A DNA stretch of 62,946 bases, filler included, from Hyphochytrium catenoides (Eukaryota > Protista > Hyphochytriomycota), in the NCBI GenBank assembly GCA_900088475.1. It is 12 parts of 12 records of this genome, joined end to end, with 100 filler letters (N's around TTAATTAATTAA, not from the genome) between each part and the next. Parts side by side here need not be neighbours in the genome. Positions count along the whole stretch, not along the records: positions 60,993 to 62,946 come from FLMG01002312.1; 11 more parts are not named here. One strand, given 5' to 3'. The translations under genes and the position numbers were made by a program. The notes under the pieces were generated by a model that did no database searches, had not been told where the DNA came from, and saw only the letters and a program-made list of their open reading frames with translations. Positions 60,993 through 62,946 of the stretch are shown piece by piece; the first letter of the stretch is position 1; the number at the start of each line of letters is the position of its first letter.

Positions 60993-62946
60993 AGCTGCAC
61001 GGAAGAATCTGAAGGGCCTTCAGCGCTTGATTTCAATTATCGCCATCGGTTTCCCACAGGACGCTTAGCACGGCAGCATTGTTATTATTGATGGCGTGTG
61101 GACTACGTCGTAGGGGAGGTCGCTCCTCTTTATTATTGCTGATTCTGACATGTCGGGCAATTCGCTTCTCCGAGGAGAAGGAGACAACAGGATACTTCTA
61201 GTAGAGGGAAGAAGTAGGATAGATCAGGCAGGCACCAACGGCGCCAAACAAGCAGCAGCAACAACAAGCAGAACAAATAATGTTGCGAGGGAAAAGGCCA
61301 AACATCATCATTATTATTGGCAAAGCGCCAAGTGCTTGTTTTTTGAGTAAAGACCAACAAAGACGTGAATTAAGATCTACAGAAGCGATGATGTGAATTA
61401 AGTGTCAAATTAAAGAGATTGTCTGTTTGTCTGTCCAGCTCACGGGCTCCCTGCGAGAACTTCCACTACTTGTTCACACATTATTTTTGGATAAATTGTG
61501 TAAATTCACAGACCGTTTCCTACAATCTGAGGAGCCACCACTTTGTCCAGAACTAATAACTACCAAGGAGGTACGGTGTCAATTTTCACTGGATCTCTTT
61601 GTATTGACTCGCTCCGTGCTCCCTTATTACCACGGATGACCCTAAAAAGGCAAAGCCCTTTCTATACACATGCCTCCTCAGCCACTACTATTATCTGTCA
61701 CGACGCTCGCACTAGGCATTGACCAGTAGTGAACCCTCTTATGGAGGCAGGGCGACCAGCAGAAAAAGCTTGAAGGTAGCGAGGAGCAGAGAAGGCGCGG
61801 GGGCGATAGGCGAACGGACGGGCGGCAATGGGAGGCGAGGAGCAGGAGATGACGCCAGAGCAAGGAGGAAGAAGCGAAGAAGCAGAAGAGGGGCCAATGA
61901 AGAGAGGGAGAGAGAGCGAGAGAGAGGGAACAGGCCTGGAGAGTCGTGGCAGCGGTGGTGGCATCTTCAAAGAGCTACTTGTACAGCTGTAGACGACCAA
62001 GACAGACCCGCAAGAGAAGCAGGCTCCAGAAAGCCTATGTAATGGCTTAGAGGTCGCGCTCCCAGCTGGTGACAGATGAGGAACATGGCCCATTGATGTT
62101 CTCCTTGCGTCACCTTGTCACTTCGTCTTCACTACAGTGATGGCAAGCTCCATCTCCTAGCTGTAGCGGAGCCAAGCACAGTACGGCGCGCCAATACAAG
62201 CCGTCACTAGGTAGACTAACTCACTGCCAGTGATGGGGAATGTCCTTCACTCTGCGGAGTCTCCACACAGGGCTCGATGCTCTTCTGGCTCCTCCTCTTT
62301 GTCCAGCTCAGGGTCTAGAACTTCCACTAATTCACTGACGGCCAGCAGTGCCGCGTCAAGCCTCAGCCTTAATGATCAGCAACCTCCAAGTCGGAGGAAG
62401 TCCGAAACATCTTTGTTAGTCTGCGATTGCACACGGGAACAGTGCCATAGGGCGAAACATGCTGTGGAACGGAGTCTTTTTACTAATCACTGGGGCCATA
62501 AGAGCGATCCTATATGCAGTACCATCGGCACCGTAGAGCTTCCAGACCTTGAGGAGACTCTTCTTCAAGGCTCTCGAGAGCTGGAAGTCAAGGAAGTTCG
62601 CTGTTGTTGGTGCTGTCAGCCTGCAGACGAAGGACAAAGACCCAGTCAGGGCCGCTGTGCCTACCTCATCCGTCTCTCAAGCGCTGCCTCTCAGACCTCG
62701 TGGACGGTAGCACGGACGTATGCAGACATAAAGCTGCTGAAGAGACTGCTCCAGCAAGAAGGTGGGGTATCAGCAGCAGTGCTGCTCCCAGATCCAGACG
62801 TTTCTTCTTCCTCTGTCCGATTGGAAGAGGTTAAGAAGATTGTTGGTCGTAGAAAGGAGGAGCTAAGAAGTTGGTTGGCATGTATTGTAGAGGACTTAGA
62901 TAAACAGATGAAGGCGCCCACCAGCCCAACTGCTAAACTGAAAGGA

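Noticed and set aside
60993-62946. ORFs in the last segment
   Set aside because: Short and stop-riddled in all frames, with no family motif I can support.

Overview
Eukaryotic DNA, not prokaryotic: spliceosomal GT-AG introns, dense (GA/TC)n microsatellites and many transposons. A protist or stramenopile-like host is my inference only. The window is an artificial concatenation of 12 segments joined by eleven 100-nt spacers (N44-TTAATTAATTAA-N44), so adjacency across spacers means nothing. Host genes: a MINDY4-like deubiquitinase with an extra SANT/Myb domain; a long-chain acyl-CoA synthetase with an unusual signal peptide, acidic segment and TM N-terminus; a convergent RSL1D1/NOP53 pair; a tandem GYF_2 protein; COG7 (partial); a 3-exon uncharacterised protein; and DCAF4-like and OSCA/TMEM63-like fragments. 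Mobile DNA: Phantom/Mutator-like, hAT, Zisupton (KDZ, intron-containing) and Sola3-like transposases, Copia and chromodomain-Gypsy relics, a complete 1.7-kb non-autonomous LTR element with a TSD, and several solo LTRs. The most notable find is a ~255-bp solo-LTR-like element (two copies with TSDs) carrying an entire tRNA-Pro(AGG)-like Pol III unit, resembling Cassandra/Helenus-type Pol III TRIMs. All family calls rest on motif recognition by eye, with no database search.
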